From an uncultured Pelagibacteraceae bacterium (GTDB lineage Bacteria > Pseudomonadota > Alphaproteobacteria > Pelagibacterales > Pelagibacteraceae): 64,000 bases of DNA. Shown piece by piece: positions 10,634 to 21,311 of this stretch. The DNA is taken from assembly GCA_902617805.1 (NCBI GenBank), contig CACMYF010000002.1, forward strand, positions 5,889 to 69,888, read 5' to 3'. Numbering within the stretch: the stretch's first letter is position 1; every line of letters starts with the position of its first letter. The translations under genes and the position numbers were made by a program. Below the pieces are notes generated by a model. It saw only the letters and a program-made list of their open reading frames with translations. It searched no databases and was not told the DNA's origin.

Positions 10634-11419
10634 TTAAGAGATATTTTTAGGATCTGGCATACCAACCTTGTTGTATCCAGCATCTACGTAGTGAATTTCA
10701 CCAGTAACACCGTTTGCGAGGTCACTTAGTAAATATAATGCTGAATTCCCAACATCATGGATATCTACGTTTCTTTTAAGAAATGAATGATCTTCGTTCC
10801 ATTTATATAAGAATTTTGCATCTCCGATAGCAGAAGCAGCTAATGTTTTGATAGGTCCTGCACTTATTGCATTTACTCTCATACCTTTGGCTCCCAAATC
10901 TCTTGCAAGATACTTAACACTTGCTTCAAGAGCTGATTTACAAACACCCATTACATTATAATTTGGAATAGCTTTAGTAGACTCGTAAGTTAAAGTTAAT
11001 AAACTTCCACCTTCTTTCATTATCTTTGAGGCTTCTTTTGCTACTTCAGTAAATGAAAAGCATGAAATTAACATACTTCTTAAAAAGTTTTCTCTAGTCG
11101 TATTTAAATATTCACCTGATAATTCTGATTTATCAGAGAAAGCAACTGCATGAACTACAAAATCAATTTCACCCCATTGAGACTTGATATCTTCAAATAA
11201 TTTTACAACTTCTTCTTTTTTTTCAACATCGCAACTAAATGTAACGTTTGAATTTAATTTTTCTGCTAAAGGAACTACTCTTTTTTTTAAAGCATCACCT
11301 AAATAAGTAAATGCTAGCTCAGCTCCAGCCTCTGAAAGTTTTTGAGAAATACCCCAGGCAATAGATCTTTCATTGGCAACACCCATGATTAATCCTTTTT
11401 TACCTTTCATTAAATTCAT
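10634..11419 (-). CDS. fabI: Enoyl-ACP reductase
   Basis: GVANERSIAWGI, YNVMGVCKSALE, VNAISAGPIKTLAA. Confidence 0.97.
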   Translation of the reverse strand: MNLMKGKKGLIMGVANERSIAWGISQKLSEAGAELAFTYLGDALKKRVVPLAEKLNSNVTFSCDVEKKEEVVKLFEDIKSQWGEIDFVVHAVAFSDKSELSGEYLNTTRENFLRSMLISCFSFTEVAKEASKIMKEGGSLLTLTYESTKAIPNYNVMGVCKSALEASVKYLARDLGAKGMRVNAISAGPIKTLAASAIGDAKFLYKWNEDHSFLKRNVDIHDVGNSALYLLSDLANGVTGEIHYVDAGYNKVGMPDPKNIS

Positions 11420-11422
11420 AAA

Positions 11423-12634
11423 TTAAACCTTTTCAAAAATTAAAGCTGCATTAGTTCCACCAAAACCAAAGCTATTTGACATTACTGTATTTAAATTTGC
11501 TCCCGTTTCAGTTTTCGCAACAATTGGAAATTTTTTAGCATCATCGTCCATATCAGTAATATTTGCAGAACCTGTAATGAAATTATTCTTCATCATTATT
11601 AAACAATAAATTGCTTCATGAACTGAAGCAGCTCCTAATGGATGACCTGATAAAGATTTAGTTGAACTTATTTTTGGAATATCCTCTCCAAAAGTTTCTT
11701 TAATAGCATTAAGTTCAGTTATATCTCCAACTGGAGTAGATGTTCCGTGAGTATTAATGTAATCAATTTTATTTTTAGCAGTTGCCATTGCCATTTTCAT
11801 ACATCTAACAGCACCTTCACCTGATGGTGCTACCATATCGTATCCATCTGAAGTTGCTCCATAACCAGTTAATTCTGCGTATATTTTAGCACCCCTTGCT
11901 TTAGCATGTTCGTACTCCTCAAGTACCAATACACCTGCACCACCTGCAATTACAAATCCATCTCTAGTTTTATCATAAGCTCTAGACGCAGATTGAGGAG
12001 TATCATTATATTTTGATGATAAAGCTGTCATAGCATCAAACATTGCTGTCATCGCCCAATGAATTTCTTCACTTCCACCTGCAAAAACAACATCCTGTTT
12101 ACCCATTTGAATTAATTCCATAGAATTTCCTATGCAGTGTCCACTAGTTGCACATGCAGAACTCATTGTGTAGTTAGTTCCTTTAATTTTAAATGGAACC
12201 GCAAGTGTTGCTGAGGCAGTACTGGCCATCGTTCTTGGAACAATAAAGGGCCCCATTAGTTTTGGAGTTTTAGCTCTTGTTTTGTCTGCTGCAAGTATTA
12301 CATTTTCAATTGATGGGCCACCGGAACCCATTACAATCCCAGTTTTAAAATTGCTCACTTCACTTTCTTCTAATCCAGAATCCTTAATTGCTTCTTTCAT
12401 TGCAATATAATTGTAAGCTGATCCTGAACCCATAAATCTAATTGTTTTTCTATCAATATGATCGTCTAGTTTAATATTTGGTTTACCATGAACATGACTT
12501 TTTAAGTTATGCTCTTTGTACTCTTCTGCAAAAGAAATTCCTGATTTTGAATTTAATAAAGATTGATGAACTTCTTCTTGATTATTGCCTAGACAAGAAA
12601 CTACTCCTAAACCAGTGACAACTACTCTTCTCAT
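11423..12634 (-). CDS. fabB: 3-oxoacyl-ACP synthase I
   Basis: [30 protein letters not shown]; follows fabA. Confidence 0.96.
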   Translation of the reverse strand: MRRVVVTGLGVVSCLGNNQEEVHQSLLNSKSGISFAEEYKEHNLKSHVHGKPNIKLDDHIDRKTIRFMGSGSAYNYIAMKEAIKDSGLEESEVSNFKTGIVMGSGGPSIENVILAADKTRAKTPKLMGPFIVPRTMASTASATLAVPFKIKGTNYTMSSACATSGHCIGNSMELIQMGKQDVVFAGGSEEIHWAMTAMFDAMTALSSKYNDTPQSASRAYDKTRDGFVIAGGAGVLVLEEYEHAKARGAKIYAELTGYGATSDGYDMVAPSGEGAVRCMKMAMATAKNKIDYINTHGTSTPVGDITELNAIKETFGEDIPKISSTKSLSGHPLGAASVHEAIYCLIMMKNNFITGSANITDMDDDAKKFPIVAKTETGANLNTVMSNSFGFGGTNAALIFEKV

Positions 12635-13134
12635 TATTTAAATAAACCTACCTTTAAACTTTCTGCCGAATATATTTTTTTATTATCTGCAAGAACAATC
12701 CCATTTGCAAGCCCAACAGTTGTTCCTCCAGGAGACATAATTTTTTTCATATCTATTTCATATCTTACATTCTTTACACTCTTTAAAACTTCACCTGTAA
12801 ATTTCACAGTACCCACTCCCAAAGCTCTTCCTTTTCCAGGATTTCCTAGCCAACCTAGAAAAAAACCCACCAGTTGCCACATAGCATCTAAACCTAAACA
12901 TCCTGGCATAACCGGATCTTTTTTAAAATGACAATCAAAAAACCAAAGATCATCTCTAATATCTAATTCAGCTTTTAAAGAGCCCTTATTAAATGTACCA
13001 TTATTTTCATTGATTTCAGTTATTCTGTCAAACATAAGCATTGGTGGAAGAGGTAATTTTGCATTGCCAGGTCCAAAAAGATCACCATTTCCACAAGTTA
13101 TTAGGTCATCATAGGAGTATGAGTTTTTTTTCAT
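12634..13134 (-). CDS. fabA: 3-hydroxydecanoyl-ACP dehydratase/isomerase
   Basis: [34 protein letters not shown]. Start set at ATG 13134 (AAGGGA upstream). Confidence 0.96.
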   Translation of the reverse strand: MKKNSYSYDDLITCGNGDLFGPGNAKLPLPPMLMFDRITEINENNGTFNKGSLKAELDIRDDLWFFDCHFKKDPVMPGCLGLDAMWQLVGFFLGWLGNPGKGRALGVGTVKFTGEVLKSVKNVRYEIDMKKIMSPGGTTVGLANGIVLADNKKIYSAESLKVGLFK

Positions 13135-13205
13135 AATTTTGAGTTCCCTTAATACTTGATTTAATCCTAATATAATATAATAAAACATTATATTTTTATT
13201 CATAC

Positions 13206-13222
13206 TTTAGAATAATTATAAA
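13206..13222 (+). promoter_or_regulatory. Iron control element (Irr box) upstream of irr
   Basis: TTTAGAA-TAA-TTATAAA versus ICE consensus TTTAGAA-N3-TTCTAAA (1 mismatch). Confidence 0.7.
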
Positions 13223-13227
13223 AAACG

Positions 13228-13656
13228 ATGCCAAAAAAGTGTAATTTTATTGAAAAATTAAGAGAAGTTGGGCTTAGACCTACTAAGCAAAGAGTAAAAA
13301 TGTGTGAAGTTTTGTATAATAGAGAAAAAACTTTTCATTTCACTATTAACGATTTGGTTAAATTGTTATCTGAGAAAATGAATCAAAAGATATCTCTAGC
13401 TACAGTTTATAACACAGTTCATGCATTTGAAAGAAAAGGATATCTAAAAGAAATTTCAATCGATAGTCATAAAAGTTATTTTGATACAAACACATCAGCA
13501 CATCATCATTTTTTTGATGAAGATACGCATGAGCTAATCGATTGTGATGAGAGCGATATAGACAAAATAAATATTAGAAAAAATATAACTGGAAAAAAAA
13601 TAAATTCCGTTGAAGTTTTGGTTAGAGTTGCGAGTGATAATCAAACTCAAAAATAA
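13228..13656 (+). CDS. irr: Fur-family iron response regulator Irr
   Basis: GLRPTKQR, ISLATVYNT, YFDTNTSAHHHFF (HHH motif); divergent from fabA. Confidence 0.9.
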   Translation: MPKKCNFIEKLREVGLRPTKQRVKMCEVLYNREKTFHFTINDLVKLLSEKMNQKISLATVYNTVHAFERKGYLKEISIDSHKSYFDTNTSAHHHFFDEDTHELIDCDESDIDKINIRKNITGKKINSVEVLVRVASDNQTQK

Positions 13657-13685
13657 TTCTATCAAATCAAATACTTAAAATCTAC

Positions 13686-13733
13686 ATTATAATAATTCTA
13701 AACTGTTGACATAATCTTAATAACTATTATATG
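13686..13733 (+). promoter_or_regulatory. Second Irr box abutting a sigma70 promoter of rubrerythrin
   Basis: ATTATAA-TAA-TTCTAAA (13686-13702), then TTGACA (13706-13711) and an AT-rich -10. Confidence 0.65.
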
Positions 13734-13761
13734 GTGAGTAACATTTAAAAGGAGAAAAATA

Positions 13762-14178
13762 ATGTCTTTAAAAGGAAGTAAAACAGAAGAAAACTTAAAA
13801 GCAGCATTCGCTGGAGAAAGTCAAGCAAATAGAAGATATCTTTATTTTGCACAAAAAGCAGACATCGAAGGTTATAATGATGTAGCTACAGTTTTTAGAT
13901 CAACAGCAGAAGGTGAAACTGGTCACGCTCATGGTCATTTAGAATATTTAGAACAAGTTGGCGACCCAGCAACAGGCAAACCGATTGGTGAAACTAAAGC
14001 TAACTTAGCTTCAGCTATCGAAGGTGAAACTCATGAGTACACAGATATGTACCCTGGTATGGCTAAGACTGCTAGAGAAGAAGGTTTTGAAGAAATCGCA
14101 GATTGGTTTGAAACTTTAGCTAAAGCTGAAAAATCACACGCTGGTAAATTTCAAAAAACTTTAGAGTCTATTAGCTAA
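13762..14178 (+). CDS. Rubrerythrin (short, no rubredoxin domain)
   Basis: [41 protein letters not shown] diiron motifs. Confidence 0.93.
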   Translation: MSLKGSKTEENLKAAFAGESQANRRYLYFAQKADIEGYNDVATVFRSTAEGETGHAHGHLEYLEQVGDPATGKPIGETKANLASAIEGETHEYTDMYPGMAKTAREEGFEEIADWFETLAKAEKSHAGKFQKTLESIS

Positions 14179-14187
14179 TCAAATTTC

Positions 14188-14212
14188 TTAGTGGGCGTTT
14201 AACGCCCACTAA
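14188..14212. terminator. Perfect hairpin after rubrerythrin
   Basis: TTAGTGGGCGTT-T-AACGCCCACTAA; no U-tract on +, so possibly an mRNA-stabilising stem. Confidence 0.6.
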
Positions 14213-14243
14213 AAACAATTCAAATTTCAAATAACTTGGTCAT

Positions 14244-15575
14244 ATGAGCAAAGAAGGAAGTTTAGGTGCACCTATAAGACATCCTATAGATTTTGAGCAT
14301 CCTGATTTTTTAAATCCTGAAAAGTTAGACACTGAAATGAGAAGAGTGTTTGATATTTGTCATGGATGTCGAAGATGTTTTAATCTCTGCGATTCATTTC
14401 CAAAGTTATTTGACATGATTGATGAATCTAAAAATGAAGATGTTGAAAGCTTATCTAGCGATCAATTTGCTCCTGTTGTTGATGCATGTACATTGTGTGA
14501 TATGTGTTTTATGACTAAATGCCCATATGTTCCACCTCATGATTTTGATTTAGATTTTCCACATTTAATGCTGCGATATAGAACAGCTCAAAAAAAATTA
14601 GGTAAATTACCAAGCGTACCAACACAACTAGCCCAAATAGACCGAAACGCCAAAATTGGTGTAATGTTCTCAAAAATAATTAACTGGGCATCAAATATTA
14701 AAAATAAATTAATTAGAAAAATTTTGGAACTTATAGCAGGAATAGATAAAAGAGTGCAGTTACCAAAATATAACTCAGAAACTTTTTCAAATTTTTTTAA
14801 AAAAAATAAAGATAAGATAAATTATCAAACACCTTCTAAAGATAGAAAAGTAGTTATTTATTCAACTTGTTTTGTAAATTTTAATAAAAAAAATACGGGT
14901 GTTGCTGCTTTGAAAGTTTTGAAAAAAAATGGTGTTGAGGTTCAAGAAGCTTATCCTGGTTGTTGTGGGATGCCATTTTTAGAACAAGCAGATCTACCAA
15001 AAGTTGTTGAACAAGCGAAAAAAGTTTCTAAGGATTTAATCGAATGGATTGATAAAGGATATAAAGTAGTAACCTTAACAGCTAGTTGTGGGTTGATGTT
15101 AAAATTCGAATGGCCATTGTTATTACCAAACGACGAAAAAATAAAAAAATTATCTGCAAATGTTATGGATATTGATGAGTATATTGTGGATATCGCAAAC
15201 AATGAGGGATTAGCAGAAGGATTAAATGAGATTGACGGGGGAGTAACCGTGCATCATGCTTGTCATGCGAGAGCACAGAACATGGGTATCAAAGCAAGAG
15301 ATATGTTAAAACTAATACCAAACGTTAAAATTGATATAGTTGAAAGATGTGCAGGTCACGGAGGAACTTTTGGAGTGATGAAAGAAACTCATGACTTAGC
15401 AAATAAAGTTGGAAGACCTACAGCTAGACAAATTAAAAATAAAAATAATAAATATATGGCTTCGGATTGTCCTTTGGCTGGCAAACATTTGAAACAGTTA
15501 GAAGTTGATACAAACATATCTAATGATGAGGCACTACATCCTATCGAATTAATGGCAAAAAGTTATAACTTATGA
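14244..15575 (+). CDS. Fe-S oxidoreductase (GlpC/HdrD-like, CCG domains)
   Basis: CHGCRRCFNLC, CTLCDMC..KCP, CCGMP, HHACH, CAGHGG, SDCP. Confidence 0.88.
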   Translation: MSKEGSLGAPIRHPIDFEHPDFLNPEKLDTEMRRVFDICHGCRRCFNLCDSFPKLFDMIDESKNEDVESLSSDQFAPVVDACTLCDMCFMTKCPYVPPHDFDLDFPHLMLRYRTAQKKLGKLPSVPTQLAQIDRNAKIGVMFSKIINWASNIKNKLIRKILELIAGIDKRVQLPKYNSETFSNFFKKNKDKINYQTPSKDRKVVIYSTCFVNFNKKNTGVAALKVLKKNGVEVQEAYPGCCGMPFLEQADLPKVVEQAKKVSKDLIEWIDKGYKVVTLTASCGLMLKFEWPLLLPNDEKIKKLSANVMDIDEYIVDIANNEGLAEGLNEIDGGVTVHHACHARAQNMGIKARDMLKLIPNVKIDIVERCAGHGGTFGVMKETHDLANKVGRPTARQIKNKNNKYMASDCPLAGKHLKQLEVDTNISNDEALHPIELMAKSYNL

Positions 15576-16171
15576 TCATGCCGAGAGAAAAAAAAGAAAT
15601 TCAGAAACAAGACATTATACCTTTAGATATTTATACAGAGAAGAGACGTGAATTAAGAAAAAATATTGTTGATTATAAAAAAAATAGAAGAGTTGCTTTA
15701 GGTCCTTATGCTACTTTTTATTTTGAAAGTTATGAAACAATGTTAGCTCAAGTACAAGAAATGCTATACATTGAAAAAGGTGGTGACGAGCAACTTGAGG
15801 ATGAGCTATCTGCTTACAATCCTTTAATACCTAATGGTAAAGAACTAACGGCAACTTTAATGTTTGAAATAGATAATCCTATTTCAAGAGCTGCGTTTCT
15901 TGGAAAAGTAGGCGGAATAGAAGAAACAGTATTTATGAAAATAAATGGTGAGAAAATTAAAGCAGTCCCCGAAGAAGATGTTGATAGAACTTCTGCTGAG
16001 GGAAAAGCTTCTTCAGTACAGTTTATTCACTTTAATTTTACTGATGATCAAATCGAAAAATTTCAATCTAATAGCTCAGAAATTGAGCTTGGTATTGATC
16101 ATAAAGAATATTCTCATAGCACAAAATTATCTGCGGAAAATATAGCCTCATTATCTGCTGATTTTAATTAA
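15572..16171 (+). CDS. DUF3501 family protein
   Basis: FESYETMLAQVQEML, AYNPLIP..ELTATLMFEI, GKASSVQF; context with rubrerythrin and Fe-S oxidoreductase. Confidence 0.8.
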   Translation: MIMPREKKEIQKQDIIPLDIYTEKRRELRKNIVDYKKNRRVALGPYATFYFESYETMLAQVQEMLYIEKGGDEQLEDELSAYNPLIPNGKELTATLMFEIDNPISRAAFLGKVGGIEETVFMKINGEKIKAVPEEDVDRTSAEGKASSVQFIHFNFTDDQIEKFQSNSSEIELGIDHKEYSHSTKLSAENIASLSADFN

Positions 16172-16617
16172 TTTAGTCCCCAAATATTATCTGTTTTAAT
16201 CCAACCTTCAAATTCCTCTGATGTAATTTTGCACCAATTTTGTTCACATTTTTCTAAAATTAATAATCTTCCTTCTTTTATTTGAGCAACTGGTTTAGCA
16301 AAAGATGTAGGTTTTTTAAATAAAACTTTATCTTTAGTGGCTATTACAGAATTACTTTTTTTTAATTGTGAAATATGAATCCATCCACTGTTATTTTTAA
16401 AATCTATAATTCGCCTGAAATTTTCTTTTTTATCAATTTGTTTTAGAGGTAAATTTATTTTTTTGTAAACATACTTAATGTCAGATTCAAAACTTGGTCC
16501 GTAACGAACATTTACTTTATTTTTTTTAAGAGAGACAAAATTTTCATTAGCAAACGAAATGTGAGTAAAAAATAACAAAAAAAATACTATATAAATTTTT
16601 TTTATTATTAGTTGCAT
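16168..16617 (-). CDS. Secreted bacterial SH3-domain protein
   Basis: Signal peptide; FVSLKKNKVNVRYGPS, GWIH, WCKI..EGWI. Confidence 0.8.
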   Translation of the reverse strand: MQLIIKKIYIVFFLLFFTHISFANENFVSLKKNKVNVRYGPSFESDIKYVYKKINLPLKQIDKKENFRRIIDFKNNSGWIHISQLKKSNSVIATKDKVLFKKPTSFAKPVAQIKEGRLLILEKCEQNWCKITSEEFEGWIKTDNIWGLN

Positions 16618-17363
16618 AAGCATTTTTTTCTTTTATTAATTTTTGCTTTTCTGAAATTTAAATTTAATAAATCTAGAATTAGAATATATCCATTTAAATT
16701 TTGTCCAATATTTAATATTTTTTTTAAAACTTCATTGGCTTGTAACGTACCTATTATTCCTGCAACTGTTCCTAAAATTCCCTCGTATTCACAATTTAAA
16801 ATTTCATCAGATATTGTTTCTTCTTGATAAAAACATCTTAAGCAAGGATTTTTTTTGTTGGTAAAATTAAAAGTAAAAATGTGTCCATCAAACTTACTTA
16901 TAGCACCAGTGACTAGAAATTTTTTATATTTTAGACTTAAATCATTTATTAAAAATTTACTTTCAAAGTTATCAGTCCCATCAACAATATAGTCATAATT
17001 CTTAATAATTTTTTCAAATGTAGTTTTATTTAATTTTAAATTAAAAATATTTATTTTTGTCTTTGAATTAATTTTATTTAATTTTTTTTTTGCAATCTTT
17101 ACTTTTGATTGATTTATATCTTTTTCATTATACAGGCTTTGTCTGTGGATATTAGAGAGACTCACAGTATCATGATCTGCAATCCCAAGTGTCCCAATAC
17201 CCGATCTAGTTAAAAATTCTGCTACTGGGCAGCCTAGACCACCCATACCAACTATCAAGACTTTTGAAGATAAAATTTTTTTTTGACCTGTTGCCCCAAT
17301 ATTTTTAAGAATTATTTGTCTTGAGAATTTTTCTATTTCTTTTTTGTTTAAATTTTTGCTCAT
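16608..17363 (-). CDS. ThiF/MoeB family adenylyltransferase
   Basis: FSRQIIL, GMGGLG, SNIHRQ, DGTDNF, PCLRC. Confidence 0.9.
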   Translation of the reverse strand: MSKNLNKKEIEKFSRQIILKNIGATGQKKILSSKVLIVGMGGLGCPVAEFLTRSGIGTLGIADHDTVSLSNIHRQSLYNEKDINQSKVKIAKKKLNKINSKTKINIFNLKLNKTTFEKIIKNYDYIVDGTDNFESKFLINDLSLKYKKFLVTGAISKFDGHIFTFNFTNKKNPCLRCFYQEETISDEILNCEYEGILGTVAGIIGTLQANEVLKKILNIGQNLNGYILILDLLNLNFRKAKINKRKKCLCN

Positions 17364-17797
17364 TTTCCTGTTGAGCCAAACCCACTTTCTCCTCTAATTG
17401 TTTTTGGTAGATCATCAGTTTCCTCGAGATCCATTTTAATTACAGGAGTTAAAATCATTTGTGCTATTCTATCTTTATTATTTATTAAAAAATCCGTTTT
17501 TCCGTGATTAAAAAGAATTACTTTTATTTCTCCCCTGTAATCACTATCAATAGTTCCAGGTGTATTTAAAACACTTATACTATTTTTTGCAGCTAAACCG
17601 GATCTTGGTCTTATTTGGATTTCGAAATCACTTGCAAATGCAACTGCAAGCCCTGTTGGAACTAAGCATGATGAGTTTGGTTTAAGATTAATAGGTTCTT
17701 TTACTAATGCCATCAAATCCATACCTGATGCACCTTCTGTTTTGTATGCGGGTAATTCAACTGCAGGGTCTAACTTTTTGATAAGAACTTTTGCCAT
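17360..17797 (-). CDS. dut: dUTPase
   Basis: ASGMDL, RPRSGLA, GTIDSDYRGE, RGESGFGSTG. Confidence 0.98.
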   Translation of the reverse strand: MAKVLIKKLDPAVELPAYKTEGASGMDLMALVKEPINLKPNSSCLVPTGLAVAFASDFEIQIRPRSGLAAKNSISVLNTPGTIDSDYRGEIKVILFNHGKTDFLINNKDRIAQMILTPVIKMDLEETDDLPKTIRGESGFGSTGK

Positions 17798-19001
17798 TAA
17801 TTTAATTGATCAATTATTCTATCAACTATTTCATCAGAAATTCCAGATTTTTTTTTGTACGAAAGTTTTTCTTTTTTAATGTCTTTGTTTTTATAATGAA
17901 TTGTTACTTCATTATAATCAGAATTAAATCCTATATCTTTATTTGATACATCATTAGAAATTATCCAGTCACAACTTTTCTTATTTAATTTTTCCTCTGC
18001 ATTTTTATCGATCTGATTAGTTTCTGCTGCAAATCCAATGACAAGTTCAGGTCTCATAGAGTTATGGTTAGACACATAATGAAGTATATCTACGTTCTTT
18101 TCTAAATTTAAGTTTAAGTTCTCTTGTTTTTTAATTTTATTTTCATACTTTTTGTTAATTTTAAAATCAGCTACCGCAGCAGAAAAAATTGCCACATCAA
18201 CAGGTAAATTTTCTTGAGTAGCAACTAACATTTCATCTGCTGTTTCAACTTTTATAAGATTAATATCTTTAGTTATTTCAAGATTAGTTGGACCTGATAT
18301 TAATGTTGTATCAAAACCTTTTTTGGATAATGATTTTGCTAATTCATATCCTTGTTTGCCACTTGATTTGTTTGTAATAAAACGAACTGGATCTATGTAC
18401 TCATTGGTTGGACCTGCTGTAACTAATGCTTTAAATTTTTTGTTATTTTTTTGAGTTAAGAAATATTTATCAACTTCTTCAGCAATTACTGATGGGTCTG
18501 ACATTTTACCCTCTCCATATTCACCACACGCCATATCACCAACCTCTGGACCAATTAGTTTATATCCAAACTCTTTTAATTTTTTATATTTGTTTTAGTA
18601 GTTGGATGCTCCCACATTCTTACATTCATTGCTGGTGCTAAAATAATGTCTTTATCTGAAGCCAAAACAACAGTGGATGCTAAATCATCAGTTGTTCCTT
18701 GAGCCAGTTTTGAAATTGTATTTGCCGTTGCAGGTGCAATTACAATTATATCTGCCCATCTTGAAAGTGAAATATGATCCATTTCTGTCTCATTTTCTAC
18801 ACTAAATAAATCGCTATAAACTTTACCTTGAGAAAGTGATGTTACAGAAAGTGGAGTTACAAACTTTTTTGCACTTGTTGTAAGAATTGTCTTTATATCT
18901 GCACCATTCTTTTTAAAAAGCCTAATTGTTTCAAGACTTTTATAAGCAGATATTCCTCCACAGATAATAAATAGTATTTTTTTATTTAACAAATTTTTCA
19001 T
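17797..19001 (-). CDS. coaBC: Bifunctional CoaBC (apparent 1-nt deletion at 18580-18585)
   Basis: CoaC half (GGISAYK, PATANT, PAMNVRMW) and CoaB half (TAGPT.E.IDPVR, SSGKQG, GFAAET) join if one A is added to the homopolymer. Confidence 0.93.
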
Positions 19002-19009
19002 CTGCAGAA

Positions 19010-20578
19010 TTAAAATACTATAAGGCCAAAAATTACAAGAAGTAATAAACCAATAATAGATTGATTTCTAAATGCTATCATTTCTGATTTCTTATCATTC
19101 AGAGCTGTATAAGAATTTGAATTTTGTGGAATTTGACCACTGGCTAAAAACGTTAATGCTTGATTTGCTTTATCCATAATCTCAGGAAATTCTGGTAAAC
19201 GTTTAATCACTTCAGATGTATTTTTTAAAGTTTCATTTAAATTATTAATTGGATCTTTGGTTTCTTTTAGCCAATTTTCTAGTACAGGCTTTGAAGTTGT
19301 CCAAATATTTGTGTTTGGATTTAACTTTCTTGCTACACCTTCAACAACAACCATAGTTTTTTGTAACATTAATAATTGGGGTTGAGTTTGCATATTAAAC
19401 TTTTCTGTTACATCAAACAATTGTTTGAGTAATTTACCTCCTGAAATATCTTTTACTTCTTGACCAAATATAGGCTCACCAATTGATCTCAAAGCTTGAG
19501 CTAGATCATCGATTGGTACTTCTTTTGGAACTAATCCCGCCACTAAGTGAACTTCAGCTACTTTACGATAATCTCTTTGAATAAATCCAAATAAAATTTC
19601 TGCTAAAAACCTTTTACTAAGTTTGTCTAACCTGCCCATAATCCCAAAATCTATAGGTACAATTTGGCCACTATTATCAACAAAAATATTTCCTTGATGC
19701 ATATCTGCATGAAAAAAACCATCTCTTACAGCATGTCTCAAAAAATGTTGGATAATATCTTCAGCTATTTTATTAGTATCTAAATTTCTTTTCTTTAGCT
19801 CCTCAGCTTCTCTTATTGAAATTCCATCTATCCAATCCAAAGTCATTACATTTTCACTAGTAAAATTCCAATAAATTTCAGGAACTTTAAATCCAGCATC
19901 ATTTTTAGTGTTTTCAGAATATTCATTAGCCGCAGCAGCTTCGAATCTTAAATCCATTTCAAGATTAGTTATTTCTTTAAGTAAAAAAACAACTTCAACA
20001 AGTTTTAATCTTTTTGTTTTTTTTACAAATGACTCAATAATAAATGCAAATAACATCATTGCATCTATTTCTTCATTGAATATTTTTTTTATATTTGGTC
20101 TTAAAATTTTTATCGCTACATCTTTAATTGTTCCATTATCATTTATTTTCGCTTTATGAACTTGTGCAATTGATGCAGCAGCAACTGGTTCACTTAAATC
20201 AATTATTGAATTAAATGCATCAACTCCAAGATCTTCTTTAATAATTTCTTTTGCTTCATGAATTGAAAAAGGGGGTAATCGATCTTGAAGTTTTTCTAGC
20301 TTTAAAGATAATTCTTCTCCGATTATATCTGGTCTAGTAGCAAGAAATTGACCAAGTTTGATGAAAGTTGTACCCATAGACTCTAATGACCTAGATAGTC
20401 TTTCACCATCATCCTCAATTAAATTACTTTGTTCCTTTTTTTCAAATGAAATAGATAAAATTTGGAATAATATTGTTACAGCTAAAGGAGGTTTTTTAAA
20501 TTTTGATGCAATTTTTAAAATATCTGATTTTGCAATTTTTCTTCCTAATTTAAATAAAGTAATAAGTTTTTTAATCAT
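19010..20578 (-). CDS. ubiB: Ubiquinone biosynthesis kinase-like protein UbiB
   Basis: FIKLGQFLATRPD, AAASIAQVHKA, FFHADMHQGN, DFGIMG; ATG overlaps the ubiE stop. Confidence 0.96.
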   Translation of the reverse strand: MIKKLITLFKLGRKIAKSDILKIASKFKKPPLAVTILFQILSISFEKKEQSNLIEDDGERLSRSLESMGTTFIKLGQFLATRPDIIGEELSLKLEKLQDRLPPFSIHEAKEIIKEDLGVDAFNSIIDLSEPVAAASIAQVHKAKINDNGTIKDVAIKILRPNIKKIFNEEIDAMMLFAFIIESFVKKTKRLKLVEVVFLLKEITNLEMDLRFEAAAANEYSENTKNDAGFKVPEIYWNFTSENVMTLDWIDGISIREAEELKKRNLDTNKIAEDIIQHFLRHAVRDGFFHADMHQGNIFVDNSGQIVPIDFGIMGRLDKLSKRFLAEILFGFIQRDYRKVAEVHLVAGLVPKEVPIDDLAQALRSIGEPIFGQEVKDISGGKLLKQLFDVTEKFNMQTQPQLLMLQKTMVVVEGVARKLNPNTNIWTTSKPVLENWLKETKDPINNLNETLKNTSEVIKRLPEFPEIMDKANQALTFLASGQIPQNSNSYTALNDKKSEMIAFRNQSIIGLLLLVIFGLIVF

Positions 20579-21282
20579 TAAATTTTCCAACCACTATGAA
20601 TTGAAACAATACCACCAGCAAGATCTCTATAAGAACATTTATGAAAATTATTTTTTTCCATTAACTCTATTAATTCATCTTGATTAATAAATTGTTCAAT
20701 ACTTTTGATTAAATATTCGTAAGGTTCTTTTTCTCCAACTACAAACTGACCAATAATAGGAATGAGTTTTGAATAATTTTTATATACAAAATCAAGATTT
20801 GAATTTTGAATCTTAGAAAATTCCAGACATAGATAGCGTCCACCAGGCTTTAAAACTCTATAGGCTTCTGAAAGTGCTTTATTTAAATTTTTTGTATTTC
20901 TTAACCCAAAGCTAATAGTGTAATAATCAAATGAATTGTCTGTTATTGGTAATTTTTCTGCTGGAGAAATAACCCATTTTACATTTTTGTATTTAGATAA
21001 TTTTTGCTTTCCTTGACTAACCATTCCTTTATTAGGGTCTACACAAGTAATTTCAGCCTCTTTATTTGTACTATCTAAAAATAACTTTCCAACATCCCCC
21101 GTCCCACATGCAACATCTATTAATTTTCTACTAATTCTCGGATTCATCATATTGATTAAACTTTTTTTCCAATACCTATGTATACCCATAGACATAAAGT
21201 CATTCATCAAGTCATATTTGTTATAGACCTGATTAAATACATTTTCTACAAGTCCTTTTTTATTTTGAAGATTTTGTTGCAT
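20578..21282 (-). CDS. ubiE: Ubiquinone/menaquinone C-methyltransferase
   Basis: YDLMNDFMSMGIHRYWK, DVACGTGD, RVLKPGG..CLEFS. Confidence 0.96.
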   Translation of the reverse strand: MQQNLQNKKGLVENVFNQVYNKYDLMNDFMSMGIHRYWKKSLINMMNPRISRKLIDVACGTGDVGKLFLDSTNKEAEITCVDPNKGMVSQGKQKLSKYKNVKWVISPAEKLPITDNSFDYYTISFGLRNTKNLNKALSEAYRVLKPGGRYLCLEFSKIQNSNLDFVYKNYSKLIPIIGQFVVGEKEPYEYLIKSIEQFINQDELIELMEKNNFHKCSYRDLAGGIVSIHSGWKI

Positions 21283-21311
21283 AAAAAAATATATATTGAA
21301 TATAGTATCAA

